Virus record (IMG/VR): IMGVR_UViG_3300032342_000007
Coordinates: 1-56,047 of that record
Strand: one strand, 5' to 3'
Length of the DNA: 56,047 bases
Source of the DNA: a virus
Lineage: Duplodnaviria > Caudoviricetes
In this document: positions 9,801 through 18,841 of the stretch, piece after piece
Position numbering within the stretch: position 1 is the stretch's first letter
How the letters are laid out: the number at the start of each line of letters is the position of its first letter
Translations under genes and position numbers: made by a program
The notes under the pieces: model-generated
What the model was told of the DNA's origin: nothing
The model's input: the letters and a program-made list of their open reading frames with translations, nothing else
The model's database searches: none

Positions 9801-12800
9801 GCTCGTCGGGCTTGTAGTGCTGCGGCGAGTTCATGAACCCGAGAAACGTGTGATCGTCTGTCGAGGCCGGTCCAAAAGCCGCCTTCTGCGAAGAAGACGA
9901 ATTGGCGTACTGCGCTTCGCCATCGTTGGCCACCGCTTCAAGGTCAAACCCGCCACCCACCGTCGGAGGCTTCTTCGCGGCCGGGTAGAGACCGGCCGGG
10001 TACAAACCGACAACTCCGCTCTTGATGACGATTTTCGCCACCAACGCCTTCTTGAGGAAATCGGCAACCAAAGAGTCCGACTCGGCGGGAGTGAGACCGA
10101 GGGCGTACCCAGCAGCCACCTTCAATTCGAGTTCGAGAGGCTCGTCCGGATCGTAGGTCTGGAGTACCCCAAAAAGTGCCCTGTCGGACGCGTGAATCGG
10201 ACCGAAAGCCGACTTTTGATCCGCCGACATCTTGTCCGCCCAGATACCGCCTTGGGCCACCAGATTCTTCAGGTCGAATTTCTGAGCTTGAGCTTGAGCA
10301 ACCGTGAGTGGAACTTTCGGTAGAGCCTGTGCGGTCGCGGCCGGAACCGCAGCAACAGCGCCCTCTGGCAACCATCCTCCCGAGAACGTGAACAAGCCCT
10401 TCTTCTTGGTGCGCCTCTCGTAGAGACCGGTGACGAACGTCTCAAAGTCCTTTCGGATGTTCTTCTTGCGTGAAAGAGCCTTGTCGTAAATCCCAGAGGC
10501 CACAACCGCCCCGCCTGCCGCCGCAGACACATAGGGCTCCAACGCCTTGAGATACTCAGCGTCGGAGATTTTCTCAACGGCCTCGATGGCACCCAACATC
10601 ACGGTCGGATCGAAGCTCTGCTTGTTATCAGCGAAGTCCCCCCAGAACTTGTTGTAGTAGGGCGGATTCGGTTCTCCGTACTGGGCGTTCGGATGGTAGT
10701 CCGTCGCGAGGACATCGCCCTCCGGCGTCGAGTGCGTCCACTTCTCGTTCGGCAGGAGGTACTTGAAGCCCTGTTCCTTGTCGATGCCGATGATGGAACC
10801 GTTCGGAAGGCGCAGCAGGTTGCCACCGTGGGTGTCGTGCTGCGAAAGCAACCAGTCGAGAACGTGCTCATCCGCGACATCCTTCTTCTCGGCGGCAGTC
10901 AACGACGCGGGAAGCACGCCAATCAGGCCCGGTAGTTTGTCCCCAAGCCACGGCTGAAGGGTCGCAGGCTTGTCCTTAAAGGTCACTCCTCCGACCGGAA
11001 CGGTTGAGGGCTTCACTGCGGCGGCGACGGTTGCGAAGAGCGCTTGAGACGCGACCTTCCACGGCTCGGGCTTTCCGCTCGACTTGTTGGTCGCCATCTT
11101 CAGCAGGAACTTGTTCCCCGCATCGTCCACGAAGAAATGCTTCTCGCTGGCACCGCCGATACCGACAGCCGGTCCTGCGTGCGTCAAGCTGCTCAGGGAG
11201 GGAAGCTTGGGAGGAACCAGCACCCCGGTGGCGATTACCGAACTCGGGGCGGAGAGCGCGGCGAACTTGAAGGGCTTGCCCTGCACCGTCGAGAAGAACT
11301 TCTCGAAGTCGGAGCGCAGGTTCTCCTTGCGCTTGAGGATCTTGAACGCGGTGTGAGCTTTCGTGACGGGGTTGTCTCCACCCTCCATCGCGTCAATGTA
11401 CGGCTGAACGAGCTTGCGATAGTCCGCCTCCGAAACAGCTTCGATAGCCTGAATGAAGGGCAACGCGGAGTTGAAGTCGAAATCCAGCTTCCCGTTCGCG
11501 CGCGCAGAGTAGAGCGCGTTGTAAACCGGAGGCGAGTTGTTCGGCTTGTAATCCAGCGACAGTTCGTCATCCCCGATGAACTTGAACGCCTGCTCTTTGT
11601 CGATGCCGACGATGTCGCCATTCGTTCGGACGATGAAGTTCCCGGCCTTCGAATCGTGATTGGACACGAGCCAGTCGAGAACTCGCTCACGTTGCAGTTG
11701 CTGGATCTGCTTCTGAGAGAGATTCGTGACGGGCAACTTCGAGAGGTCGGTCGCCACATCAGGAATCATCGACTGAACGGAGCCCCAGCTATCTCCCTCG
11801 CCTGTGGCAACCACCGGCACGTACGTAGAGGCGTCGCCGAGCAGCGCGGCGATGCTCGACGCAACCTGACCCGCGAAAGCCCGGACCTTGGAGGCATCCG
11901 TCTTGTAGAGGAACAGATTCCCAGCCGCGTCCTTGAGGAACTCCTTCGGCTTGTTCCCGCCAAGCTTGGACTTCGCGTTCCCGTGGCTGTCGGCAGCGCT
12001 CGTCAGTGCAGAAATCGGAGGAACGGCGGGAAGAGGACTGCCCGGTGTGGAGGGGGCCACGGGAACAGCAGGCGGCTCCTTCTTCGCGACCACGACCGGA
12101 GCAACCACGGCCGGAGGGAGGGTGACCGGAGGCGGACCGTCCACCTTGTCGAGGAAGTCGTCGAGGTCAAAGCCGTCCGCGTACAGCGCCTTCTTGATGA
12201 CGGTGGTCGCGAAAACTTCGGCCTTGGCAGGCGACCACCCGGCTGCCTTCAGGAAATCGATGACCTGCTTGGCCGGGGCCAGCTTGACGAGATTCGCCCC
12301 GAACCCGCTCACATGCGCCGGGGCGGGTGCCGACTGGAACGCCTTCCAAAGCCCCAGAACCTTGGCCTCGTCCGTGTCTGGTTCGTACCCGAGCTGCGCA
12401 GCCCAGTGCAGAACCTTGGCGTCGGTGGGAACGGCGTTGCCCGCCAGAGCCCCCTGCTTGCCCGCAGGAACCGCAATCGGGGCAGGAGTAGGGGGTACGA
12501 CAGGCTCAGGCGTCGAAACAGGCTTCAGCTCGTGGTGAGCGCCTTGGATGAACTCGGCCACGTCGAAGTCTACGGTCTGCAACGAGCCCACGAGGTGCTT
12601 CAGGAAGGCCAGTGCGTCGCTCGTTCCATAAGCGGACCCGGCTGCCAGCCCTGCAAGTTCAGCGGCGGCACCCTCAAGGGCCTTCGCGCTCCCCGGCCCC
12701 CAGAAGGCACCGGTACCGCCGAGCTTGAGATGCTTGCGCCAAACGTTGAGCGCTTTCGCCTCGTTCGAGTTGGGAAAGAAGCCGAGCGCAACGGCGAGGT

Positions 12801-14505
12801 CGCGCACAAATGTCGAGGTGGGCTCAGCGAAGGCTGAGAGGTCGGGCTTCGGTGGCGCGGGGCCGTCATCCGGAGTGTCGAGATCGGGGCCGGGACCGAG
12901 AGGCTCGGCAGGACCGGCCATGAAGTCGCCAACGTTCCAGTCGGGCAGCATGGCGAGTTTGTTTTGAACGAGGTCCGTCACGAACGCGAGGCGATCAGCC
13001 AACGTCTTGTTGAACTCCGCCGAGGGCACGGGACCGTCCAGCTCAGCAAGTTCTTTCGCCGTCCTTTCGAGAGCGTTGGTGGTCTTCTTGAGGTGGTTCC
13101 GATAGAGGTTGAGCACCTTGGCTTCGTTCGAGTTCGCGGCGAACCCGAGAGCTTTGGCGGCTGCGAGCACCTGCGGATTCGAGGGTGCCGCGAATGGCGA
13201 AAGGTCGGGAACGGTCGCAGGCAGCGCCGTGACCGAGAGCTGCTGCGCCGCTTGCGCCGCGCTCAGCAAGCTCGGGAACTTGCTCTTGGCCGAATCGACC
13301 ACGTAGGAGACGTGGGCTGCGAGCTTCTTCTTCTCTGCCGCAGAGAAGTCGAGACCGCTGATGAAAGCGATGTCTTGCACCGTCCGCGTAATCGCCTTCT
13401 CTGGAGTCCAGCCGCCGCCGCGACTCTTGTCCGACGTGCCGACGTAGAGTCCAATTACCTTGGCCTCGGTCGAGTCCAGCCCCCACCCCATTGCGGAGAT
13501 GACGGCTTGGGTCGCAGGTGCGGTAGGTGAGTCCACCGCTAGGATTGCGTGCTTTATCCAGTCCACCTTGCCGGGCGCGGGCGCAACCACGGGTTCCGGT
13601 ACAGGCGCAGGAGCAGGAACAGGCGCAGGCGTGGCGAGAGAATAACCGTGAGGAAGCGGCTTCGTTTTCTTCTTCTTCGGCGCTTCAGGAGCAGCCGCCG
13701 GAACAGTGGGGCTGACCGCGACCACGGGCGCGGACATCACAGGACCAGTGCCGCCGACGAACGAGAGGGTCATCCCGCTGTCGAAATCACCCTTAACAGT
13801 GACGAGCCCCTTCGCCTTGGCGGCGTTGATGAGCACTTCGACGTGGTCGTGAGCCACCGCGTTCTTCTTGTTGAACTTCACCCGATAAAGCTCGGCGACG
13901 GTGTCGGAGTTGATCTTCGGGTTCTTGTGAAACTGAGCCAGAATAAACGCCTGCGGAGACCCGGCAGAAAACCCGAGGGTCTGGAGCGCGAAATCAAGCG
14001 GGTTCGAAGTCTCGGCGGGCGACGGCGGGCGCGCGTTCGGGCTGGGGGCTTCGGTGGGAAGCTGCGCCGCAGCCTTGGCGGCGGCTTCGGCGGCGGTAGC
14101 CTTCTGGAACCAACCGTTGCCAAACTTTTTGAGAACCCCGGTGTACCAGTTCGCGTTCTTCAACAGCGCGGCACGCTTCTTCGGGTCATTGAAGCCCGCG
14201 TCCTTCAGATATGACAGCAGCTCATCGACATCGAGAGCCTTGCCGCCTGTGACACCGGGAGGAGGCGTGTGCGTGTGGGCGGGCTTTTTGTAGAAAGACT
14301 GCAACCCCGACGGCGTCTCTTGGGGCACGTAGATCCATTCACCGTTGGACTGCTTCTGCACCCGACGGTTGCCGTGCGAAGAAACCCAACCCGGCGGCAA
14401 CCCGGTCGCTTCCTCAAGCGGGGCGGCAACCGAAGAAGTCCCGAAAAACGCAGACAACGTGACGACGGCGTTTTCGGATCTCCAAAAGTCGTTGCCGATG
14501 CTCAC
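6883..14505 (-). CDS. Giant 2540-aa polyvalent protein with two HipA/PI3K-like kinase domains, helical repeats and an unknown C-terminal domain
   Basis: VLDWLVSNHDSKAGN...GIDKEQAF and VLDWLLSQHDTHGGN...GIDKEQGF, each preceded by a Gly-loop and a Lys. Pro/Ala linkers. GGAG RBS before the GTG. Confidence 0.8.
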   Translation of the reverse strand: MSIGNDFWRSENAVVTLSAFFGTSSVAAPLEEATGLPPGWVSSHGNRRVQKQSNGEWIYVPQETPSGLQSFYKKPAHTHTPPPGVTGGKALDVDELLSYLKDAGFNDPKKRAALLKNANWYTGVLKKFGNGWFQKATAAEAAAKAAAQLPTEAPSPNARPPSPAETSNPLDFALQTLGFSAGSPQAFILAQFHKNPKINSDTVAELYRVKFNKKNAVAHDHVEVLINAAKAKGLVTVKGDFDSGMTLSFVGGTGPVMSAPVVAVSPTVPAAAPEAPKKKKTKPLPHGYSLATPAPVPAPAPVPEPVVAPAPGKVDWIKHAILAVDSPTAPATQAVISAMGWGLDSTEAKVIGLYVGTSDKSRGGGWTPEKAITRTVQDIAFISGLDFSAAEKKKLAAHVSYVVDSAKSKFPSLLSAAQAAQQLSVTALPATVPDLSPFAAPSNPQVLAAAKALGFAANSNEAKVLNLYRNHLKKTTNALERTAKELAELDGPVPSAEFNKTLADRLAFVTDLVQNKLAMLPDWNVGDFMAGPAEPLGPGPDLDTPDDGPAPPKPDLSAFAEPTSTFVRDLAVALGFFPNSNEAKALNVWRKHLKLGGTGAFWGPGSAKALEGAAAELAGLAAGSAYGTSDALAFLKHLVGSLQTVDFDVAEFIQGAHHELKPVSTPEPVVPPTPAPIAVPAGKQGALAGNAVPTDAKVLHWAAQLGYEPDTDEAKVLGLWKAFQSAPAPAHVSGFGANLVKLAPAKQVIDFLKAAGWSPAKAEVFATTVIKKALYADGFDLDDFLDKVDGPPPVTLPPAVVAPVVVAKKEPPAVPVAPSTPGSPLPAVPPISALTSAADSHGNAKSKLGGNKPKEFLKDAAGNLFLYKTDASKVRAFAGQVASSIAALLGDASTYVPVVATGEGDSWGSVQSMIPDVATDLSKLPVTNLSQKQIQQLQRERVLDWLVSNHDSKAGNFIVRTNGDIVGIDKEQAFKFIGDDELSLDYKPNNSPPVYNALYSARANGKLDFDFNSALPFIQAIEAVSEADYRKLVQPYIDAMEGGDNPVTKAHTAFKILKRKENLRSDFEKFFSTVQGKPFKFAALSAPSSVIATGVLVPPKLPSLSSLTHAGPAVGIGGASEKHFFVDDAGNKFLLKMATNKSSGKPEPWKVASQALFATVAAAVKPSTVPVGGVTFKDKPATLQPWLGDKLPGLIGVLPASLTAAEKKDVADEHVLDWLLSQHDTHGGNLLRLPNGSIIGIDKEQGFKYLLPNEKWTHSTPEGDVLATDYHPNAQYGEPNPPYYNKFWGDFADNKQSFDPTVMLGAIEAVEKISDAEYLKALEPYVSAAAGGAVVASGIYDKALSRKKNIRKDFETFVTGLYERRTKKKGLFTFSGGWLPEGAVAAVPAATAQALPKVPLTVAQAQAQKFDLKNLVAQGGIWADKMSADQKSAFGPIHASDRALFGVLQTYDPDEPLELELKVAAGYALGLTPAESDSLVADFLKKALVAKIVIKSGVVGLYPAGLYPAAKKPPTVGGGFDLEAVANDGEAQYANSSSSQKAAFGPASTDDHTFLGFMNSPQHYKPDEPLDVQLQDMALKHMNFLSAEEVGTRVKDFIKRAVAAGFVVSGGVVGFVPASAYAAGQVPKPVTLAPQPGQFSVPKPEGFTPPSFTNIKQVAASLGIKTNSVYYKALKNLAAYKDNIKDAAAQHAWESGADYDTALKRVKNVAKKLKALGGWGAQPTPVSASVPAPQVSSPIEEFSFPEPTVVLPAKPEEIAAAAATALKALQVATNYAPSPLTDATLARKGVLDWIIPSGTDPIVRPDTDPIWEKLVNEQQGAGNLGGVFDDLFKISPLDFDTMVRPVAEATHPGNKMMQVAFVQDAINRKNTTKFKVEQTLTEALRVKTGTNGRFMFSTGWVEAGALPPKPPKPVPYIKTIKTTAEQFAASSENGSTPVKIRPWKVKDAAGVQTEDETKRALKYKEGGLPAVEAFLAKFNLKALGPAIEKKSENGTLKFFLPVSKADLDAAFITTEETITPDEIEQEVVAGDKIAPHSGTPSYFPSHAPALPVAQSFKDINNAKTAKLGLIGRAFPTDGPALWGSTGTLNIKRVTDTAGVTKLMVSFKIKKDARDKNGKAVGWQALSNTGQHTEHSFWIGSYNAESDSIVKTAGESLEVGAREWTSGKHKLRMVTDEHYFALVGQMVAELDLGSDEKLTDVLKELLDKASSGLGDMVLHEPTPEDHEIQKLHQILFSAAPAVERELKPEDFTVGGLRERVKNAFAHNYAGNSSSEPKPATDMNGNPKKVPLKIPSEYFSAVETEVTPGLKSFVVPDRWRGFPKGSDGEPILKFLETSAKTPKFIIQALRDSGPSGINQRLLSGTASSQHGGAAGNSVSEDLASGGAQTGMWRLITTNSASSSLFASVNAGNTSSRYKYILAADELDRLDVMSFPGDAYGSFGKGSGSAQWKDRQTTPEIIKYRNAHTGATSSNETDFFNGVHASRLLRIVCQDEGDRVELIKEARKQNFLSVNGVPIEDFVVVVSGPAQEIYDKYVKPMGL

Positions 14506-14569
14506 GTCGAGTCTCCTATCCAGCGCCGAAGGCGCGCCGAGTCATACCTGAGCGGGACAGATCTTGGAA

Positions 14570-15349
14570 CTACGCAACATCCGCCTTCTTGCTTTTCGGA
14601 GCAAGAGTCTCGACGGCCTTCAGCGCTGCCGCATCGAGAATGGGTGCCAAGAATTCGTTGATGTCCGCCCCGGACTCGCGACAGTAGTTGAGCACCTTGT
14701 CGAGCGCTTTTTTCATCGGTCGAGTCATCTGCACATAGACGTGCTCGTTTTTTCCGAACGTGAACACCATGTACGACTGTTGAACGGTGTCACCGTACTT
14801 CGCGAAGAGCGTCTGAATGATGGTGCCGAGGTCTTCAACGGTCTTGGCTTCTTTGGCCTTCTCGTCGAACTCGGCGTGCATCTCCTTCGGAAGCGACTGC
14901 TTCATGCCGCGCTTCACGTCACCAACGAGCTTCTGGAACTGCCGGGTGTCCACGTAGCCCATGAGCTGCTGGAGCGCGTCCTTGCCGTACTTGTCGGCCA
15001 TCTCTTGGTAGAGCTTGAGGAACTTCTCCGGGTTCATCTTGCCGCCGATGACATTCAGACGGACGGTCTCGAACTTCTGAAGGTCTTCGTCCTGCCAGCG
15101 CTTGCCGATGAGAACCGTGCAAGGCACCTCATCAACACCCGCCGCCTGACACGCCTTCCAACGATGCTCACCGCCGATGATGCGGTAGTTGCCGTCTTCG
15201 AGAGCGACCACTTGAATCGCGGCGGTGCAACCGTTCTCTTTGATCTCATCCACGAGGCGCGTGAACATCGCCTCGTCCATGTTCTGCGGGTTCCAAGGAT
15301 TGGCAACCAGCTTCTCAATGGGAATGTGCTTCAGCTCATGCTTGCTCAA
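14570..15349 (-). CDS. ParB/Srx N-terminal domain protein
   Basis: IEKLVANPWNPQ and YRIIGGEHRWKA (GxxRxxA box). Start reassigned to TTG 15349 after GGAG. Confidence 0.8.
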   Translation of the reverse strand: MSKHELKHIPIEKLVANPWNPQNMDEAMFTRLVDEIKENGCTAAIQVVALEDGNYRIIGGEHRWKACQAAGVDEVPCTVLIGKRWQDEDLQKFETVRLNVIGGKMNPEKFLKLYQEMADKYGKDALQQLMGYVDTRQFQKLVGDVKRGMKQSLPKEMHAEFDEKAKEAKTVEDLGTIIQTLFAKYGDTVQQSYMVFTFGKNEHVYVQMTRPMKKALDKVLNYCRESGADINEFLAPILDAAALKAVETLAPKSKKADVA

Positions 15350-15405
15350 GATGGTTCTCCGAGGGTGTGCGGGAGAATCATAGCGCCCCCGAAGCAAGTA
15401 CGGTA

Positions 15406-15621
15406 TCAGTCGCCAAGGAGAACTTCGGCGAGATTTCCGCACTTCCCCGCGACGATGCGCAGCTCACCGCAGAGTTCATGCACCACCTCGTCGAGCTGGT
15501 GATCCTCTCCGGGCTTGTCGATGACCGGCAGTCCTTCGCCCATTTTCTCGATCCACTTGTCGAGAATCTTCTTGGCGCTTTCCAGTTCAGCAACGATGAG
15601 TTCGGGACCGACGGGGAGCAT
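15406..15621 (-). CDS. Hypothetical protein
   Basis: 71 aa, TGATG-coupled to the upstream gene. Confidence 0.6.
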   Translation of the reverse strand: MLPVGPELIVAELESAKKILDKWIEKMGEGLPVIDKPGEDHQLDEVVHELCGELRIVAGKCGNLAEVLLGD

Positions 15622-16601
15622 CAGTTCTCCTTGGCGACCTTCTCCAGCGTGGCGAGCCCGTAGAGCACGTCCGTTGAAGTGGGATCAACGACGATGAACT
15701 TGTAGCCGATGAGCTTCTCCAGCTTCGCGACGTAACGAAGCTTCTGCTCTTCGCTGGCCTTCGTGAAGTCGTTGTTCGCGAGGAAGTCGAGACAGATGAG
15801 CGAGAAGTTGTGGCCGGGACGAGAACTGCCTGACAGCTCCTTGGCGCGATCAATTGCGAGCCGAACCGTCTCAAGCTGCTCGGGATAGAACTTGAAGTTC
15901 TTGCTGAAGAGCGGTTCTTCGCCGTTGTCTTTCTCGTCCGCGCCCCAGTGATCGCGCGGGGGCACCAACAGCGGGTCCATGCCCTCGCCAGACTCACCTT
16001 CCTCGTACTTGCCGACGAGCTTGTTCGACTTCTTCACCGGGTCGCCTTGCTTGCGAACCTCACGCTCCACCTCTTCGCCTTCGAGACGGTCAAGCGCCTT
16101 CCGCACGACGGCTTCCACCGTCTGGTAGTTCATGTTCTCGCACTTGGTCACCCACGACTCGACGTTGCTGAGCTTGAGGAGACCCGGCCGACACAACTCG
16201 CGCACCTTCGACCAACCGAGCGCGACGAGCCGCTTCTTGACGAGAGGATTCATTCCGTCGAGTTCGATTTCGATGCGGTACCAGATGAGCCTCAGCCGCT
16301 CGGCTTTCTTGTAGTGGAGGCCCAGCTCCTGCTCGGCGTAGTCACGGAAGGTGTTGAACCCCCACGTCGTGAAAATGGGCTTCTTCTCGCGGTCACCGTC
16401 GATGGGTGTGTCGTAGACGGTGAACAGAATCTGAGCGAGATCCATGTAGCCGGTCTCCAACGACTCGACCAATTCCTTGGCTTGGGCTCGAACCTTCTTC
16501 GCCCACGCCTTGGACCCGCGCCCCGAGGAGTCTCCGTCCATAGCCTTGCCGTCCTTGCTCTTGTCCTTGCCGCCGTTGATGACGCTGAAATCCGCTCTCA
16601 C
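15621..16601 (-). CDS. Hypothetical phage protein, probably DNA-binding (DUF3102-like region)
   Basis: WGFNTFRDYAEQELGLHYKKAERL-type HTH-like segment; coupled within the operon. Confidence 0.55.
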   Translation of the reverse strand: MRADFSVINGGKDKSKDGKAMDGDSSGRGSKAWAKKVRAQAKELVESLETGYMDLAQILFTVYDTPIDGDREKKPIFTTWGFNTFRDYAEQELGLHYKKAERLRLIWYRIEIELDGMNPLVKKRLVALGWSKVRELCRPGLLKLSNVESWVTKCENMNYQTVEAVVRKALDRLEGEEVEREVRKQGDPVKKSNKLVGKYEEGESGEGMDPLLVPPRDHWGADEKDNGEEPLFSKNFKFYPEQLETVRLAIDRAKELSGSSRPGHNFSLICLDFLANNDFTKASEEQKLRYVAKLEKLIGYKFIVVDPTSTDVLYGLATLEKVAKEN

Positions 16602-16942
16602 GCGACCTCCCCGCTCGGTTCTTTCTCCTGCTTCAGCTCTTTCTCCCAGAAAACAACCTCGCGCGCGCGAACCTCGGTGAGGTCGCCGTGCGGTCCGTCG
16701 CGATTCATCAGCTCGCCTTCAACAAGCACGTAAACGCCCTTGGTGAGCCGAGTCCGACAAATACGAACCAGCCCATCCACGTAGACGTTGACCTTGATGT
16801 ACGCCGTCACCACCTGACCACCCGACGCATAGCGGTCCGAGGCGATGTGAAATCCGCAAACCTCCAGCCCGTTGCCAGTCTTCCCGAAGTCGATAGCCCC
16901 CGTGACGTTCCCCGAAACAATGACCTTGTTCAAACCCCTCAT
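16598..16942 (-). CDS. ssb: Single-stranded DNA-binding protein (bacterial-type OB fold, no acidic DDIPF tail)
   Basis: MRGLNKVIVSGNV...LTKGVYVLVEGEL...TEVRA. Start at ATG 16942 (ATGA overlap). Confidence 0.85.
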   Translation of the reverse strand: MRGLNKVIVSGNVTGAIDFGKTGNGLEVCGFHIASDRYASGGQVVTAYIKVNVYVDGLVRICRTRLTKGVYVLVEGELMNRDGPHGDLTEVRAREVVFWEKELKQEKEPSGEVA

Positions 16943-17517
16943 AGCGGTTCTCCGGTGACAACCCGACGCGCCATCCGCATCAGCTCGCTGTCGAGCGTCG
17001 CGACCACAGCTCCGAGCGCGTCGTAGGGATGCTCCAGCATCGACGGAAGAACATCTCGGCAAGACTCGTCCAACAGGGCCTTGCCGTAGCGCACTTTCAA
17101 CGCCTTCTGCACGGTGGTTTTGTCGGAGGTCTTGGAGCCGGTAACAGACTGCTTGAGCTGCTGCGGAGACGCCTGAATCACGGGGATGTTGAACTGTTCG
17201 GACAGCGCAGCAATGGCTCCCCAACACATCGCCATCTTGGCCGCGACCGACGAGCTGCGCGGGAAGCTCATCGTCTCCGCGCAGATGGCGCTGACGGGGC
17301 CGTGCGCACCGTCTGTCGCGAGGTCGCGAAGGAACAAGTAGATCTCGCGCGCGCGACGGACGTTGTCATCGGAGGCGAAGACCTTCTGCTTCTTGGACGA
17401 CTTCTCGGTGCGGAACACACCCATGTTGAGCAAGCGCTCTCCACCCTTAGGCGGGAGTTCCACCACCGCGTAGCCGATGCAGGCAAAACCGGGGTCCAAC
17501 CCAAGTACGACGCTCAT
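16939..17517 (-). CDS. ruvC: RuvC-like Holliday junction resolvase
   Basis: VLGLDPG, CAE, PQQLKQSVTG..DK, HPYDALGA. Confidence 0.9.
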   Translation of the reverse strand: MSVVLGLDPGFACIGYAVVELPPKGGERLLNMGVFRTEKSSKKQKVFASDDNVRRAREIYLFLRDLATDGAHGPVSAICAETMSFPRSSSVAAKMAMCWGAIAALSEQFNIPVIQASPQQLKQSVTGSKTSDKTTVQKALKVRYGKALLDESCRDVLPSMLEHPYDALGAVVATLDSELMRMARRVVTGEPL

Positions 17518-17897
17518 GCGCGCTTCCTCGTGATGCTCTCGAAGCGCTCGTGCAGAGTGATAGCCCCCAATACGTCATCAGCGTCCTGAACCCGAATGAA
17601 GCGGCCCTCGACGCGCTCCAGCGGCTTCCCGCGCTTGAGGCCGAGAACGTTCGTCACGCGCGCGACCGCCACCTTCGTCTCGGGAGAATCGAGCCACCCT
17701 GAATCGTACAGGAAGCACAGCGCGCAGATATTCTCCTGCCCGTAACGCGCGTGCGTGATGCTCCAGTGCGCGGTCGGCTGCTTACACACAGCGCAGTGGA
17801 GATTCGCGGTCGGACCCAACGGACGCAGAACGTGCGTGTTGAGAACCTTCGGCTTCGCGGCAACATCCGGAACGACGGGGGCTGTGGTGGTTTCCAT
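17514..17897 (-). CDS. Zinc-finger hypothetical protein
   Basis: CAVC...CALC; ATG at 17897. Confidence 0.6.
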   Translation of the reverse strand: METTTAPVVPDVAAKPKVLNTHVLRPLGPTANLHCAVCKQPTAHWSITHARYGQENICALCFLYDSGWLDSPETKVAVARVTNVLGLKRGKPLERVEGRFIRVQDADDVLGAITLHERFESITRKRA

Positions 17898-17898
17898 T

Positions 17899-18759
17899 TC
17901 AAGTCTCCGCGAAGCACTTCTTGACGACCGAGCACTTGTTCGCGCGCGTGCAGGAGTCAGTCGCGCAAACTCTCTCCGGAAGCAAGCCCGAGCGAGTTCC
18001 ATTCGGAATGCTCGTCAGCATGGCCTTGAGATTCACGATGGTCTCTTCGTCGTACTCGACGAAGTGCTCGGCGATGGCTTTGTCCACGCCGTGCTCGCCC
18101 TTGGCCCAGTAGAAGATGATCGACCACTTCAGGCCGCTCAGCCACATGTACGCTTGCGCCTGAATGACGTGCCCGTAGTGGGGGGCCTGCTTCACCTCCC
18201 ACGCGTTCCTGCCGCCGATGGACTTCGCTTCGAGGATGCCCATTCCCGGCAAGCCGGGGAGCACCAAGAATCCGTCGGGGTGTCCCGTCAGACGGAACTC
18301 GTCGTTGACGAAGCTCGCTTCGACGTATTGGAAGGCTTGGTCCCCTCGGCCCTTGCTGACGTTCCCGCACTTCGAGCAGGTCTCTGGGCGAAGAATGACC
18401 TTCTCGGACACGAGGAAGCCCTTCTCGACACCACCGTGCGCGAAGCCGCACCCGAGGCACTTCCACTGCCCGTACAGCACGCCCAGCTCAGGCAGCGCGT
18501 GATTCTGGAGGCCCCAGTGAAGAGAGGTGCCGTGCAGGAAGGTCAGCAGCGTGTCGCCGTTGAGAGTTTCCTTGCGCGTCACCTGATGCTTGGCGCAGAG
18601 CACCTCTTCGCGTGCGCACAGACCCGAAAGTGACGAAATCCGAACGTAGTCGTCGAGCTTCGGCGGATCTTGAATCGACGGTCGCTTCCACTCACGAGCG
18701 AAGAGCTGCTTCAGAGACCCCGAAGCGCGTGTCGCCGTTACCAGTTCTCCGAGCCCCAT
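17899..18759 (-). CDS. Cas4/RecB-like PD-(D/E)xK exonuclease with Zn-ribbon insertion
   Basis: SLSGLC, HGTSLH, GHPDG, ILEAKS, QAQAY, C-terminal Cys cluster, internal CLGC/CSKC. Confidence 0.85.
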   Translation of the reverse strand: MGLGELVTATRASGSLKQLFAREWKRPSIQDPPKLDDYVRISSLSGLCAREEVLCAKHQVTRKETLNGDTLLTFLHGTSLHWGLQNHALPELGVLYGQWKCLGCGFAHGGVEKGFLVSEKVILRPETCSKCGNVSKGRGDQAFQYVEASFVNDEFRLTGHPDGFLVLPGLPGMGILEAKSIGGRNAWEVKQAPHYGHVIQAQAYMWLSGLKWSIIFYWAKGEHGVDKAIAEHFVEYDEETIVNLKAMLTSIPNGTRSGLLPERVCATDSCTRANKCSVVKKCFAET

Positions 18760-18841
18760 CCGTGCCTCTTGTCCAGCGTCCGAGTTCGATCTTCACTTCA
18801 TCCGTGCGGCTCTATGCCACAAGTTTTCCAACCCTACCAGC

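Noticed and set aside
8398-12837. Long plus-strand ORFs (641 aa and 597 aa here; also 20509..22284, 25682..27505, 28440..30041, 43043..44383)
   Set aside because: Antisense shadows of motif-bearing minus-strand genes. High GC3 removes stops on the opposite strand, and the translations are R/L/V-rich with no motifs.
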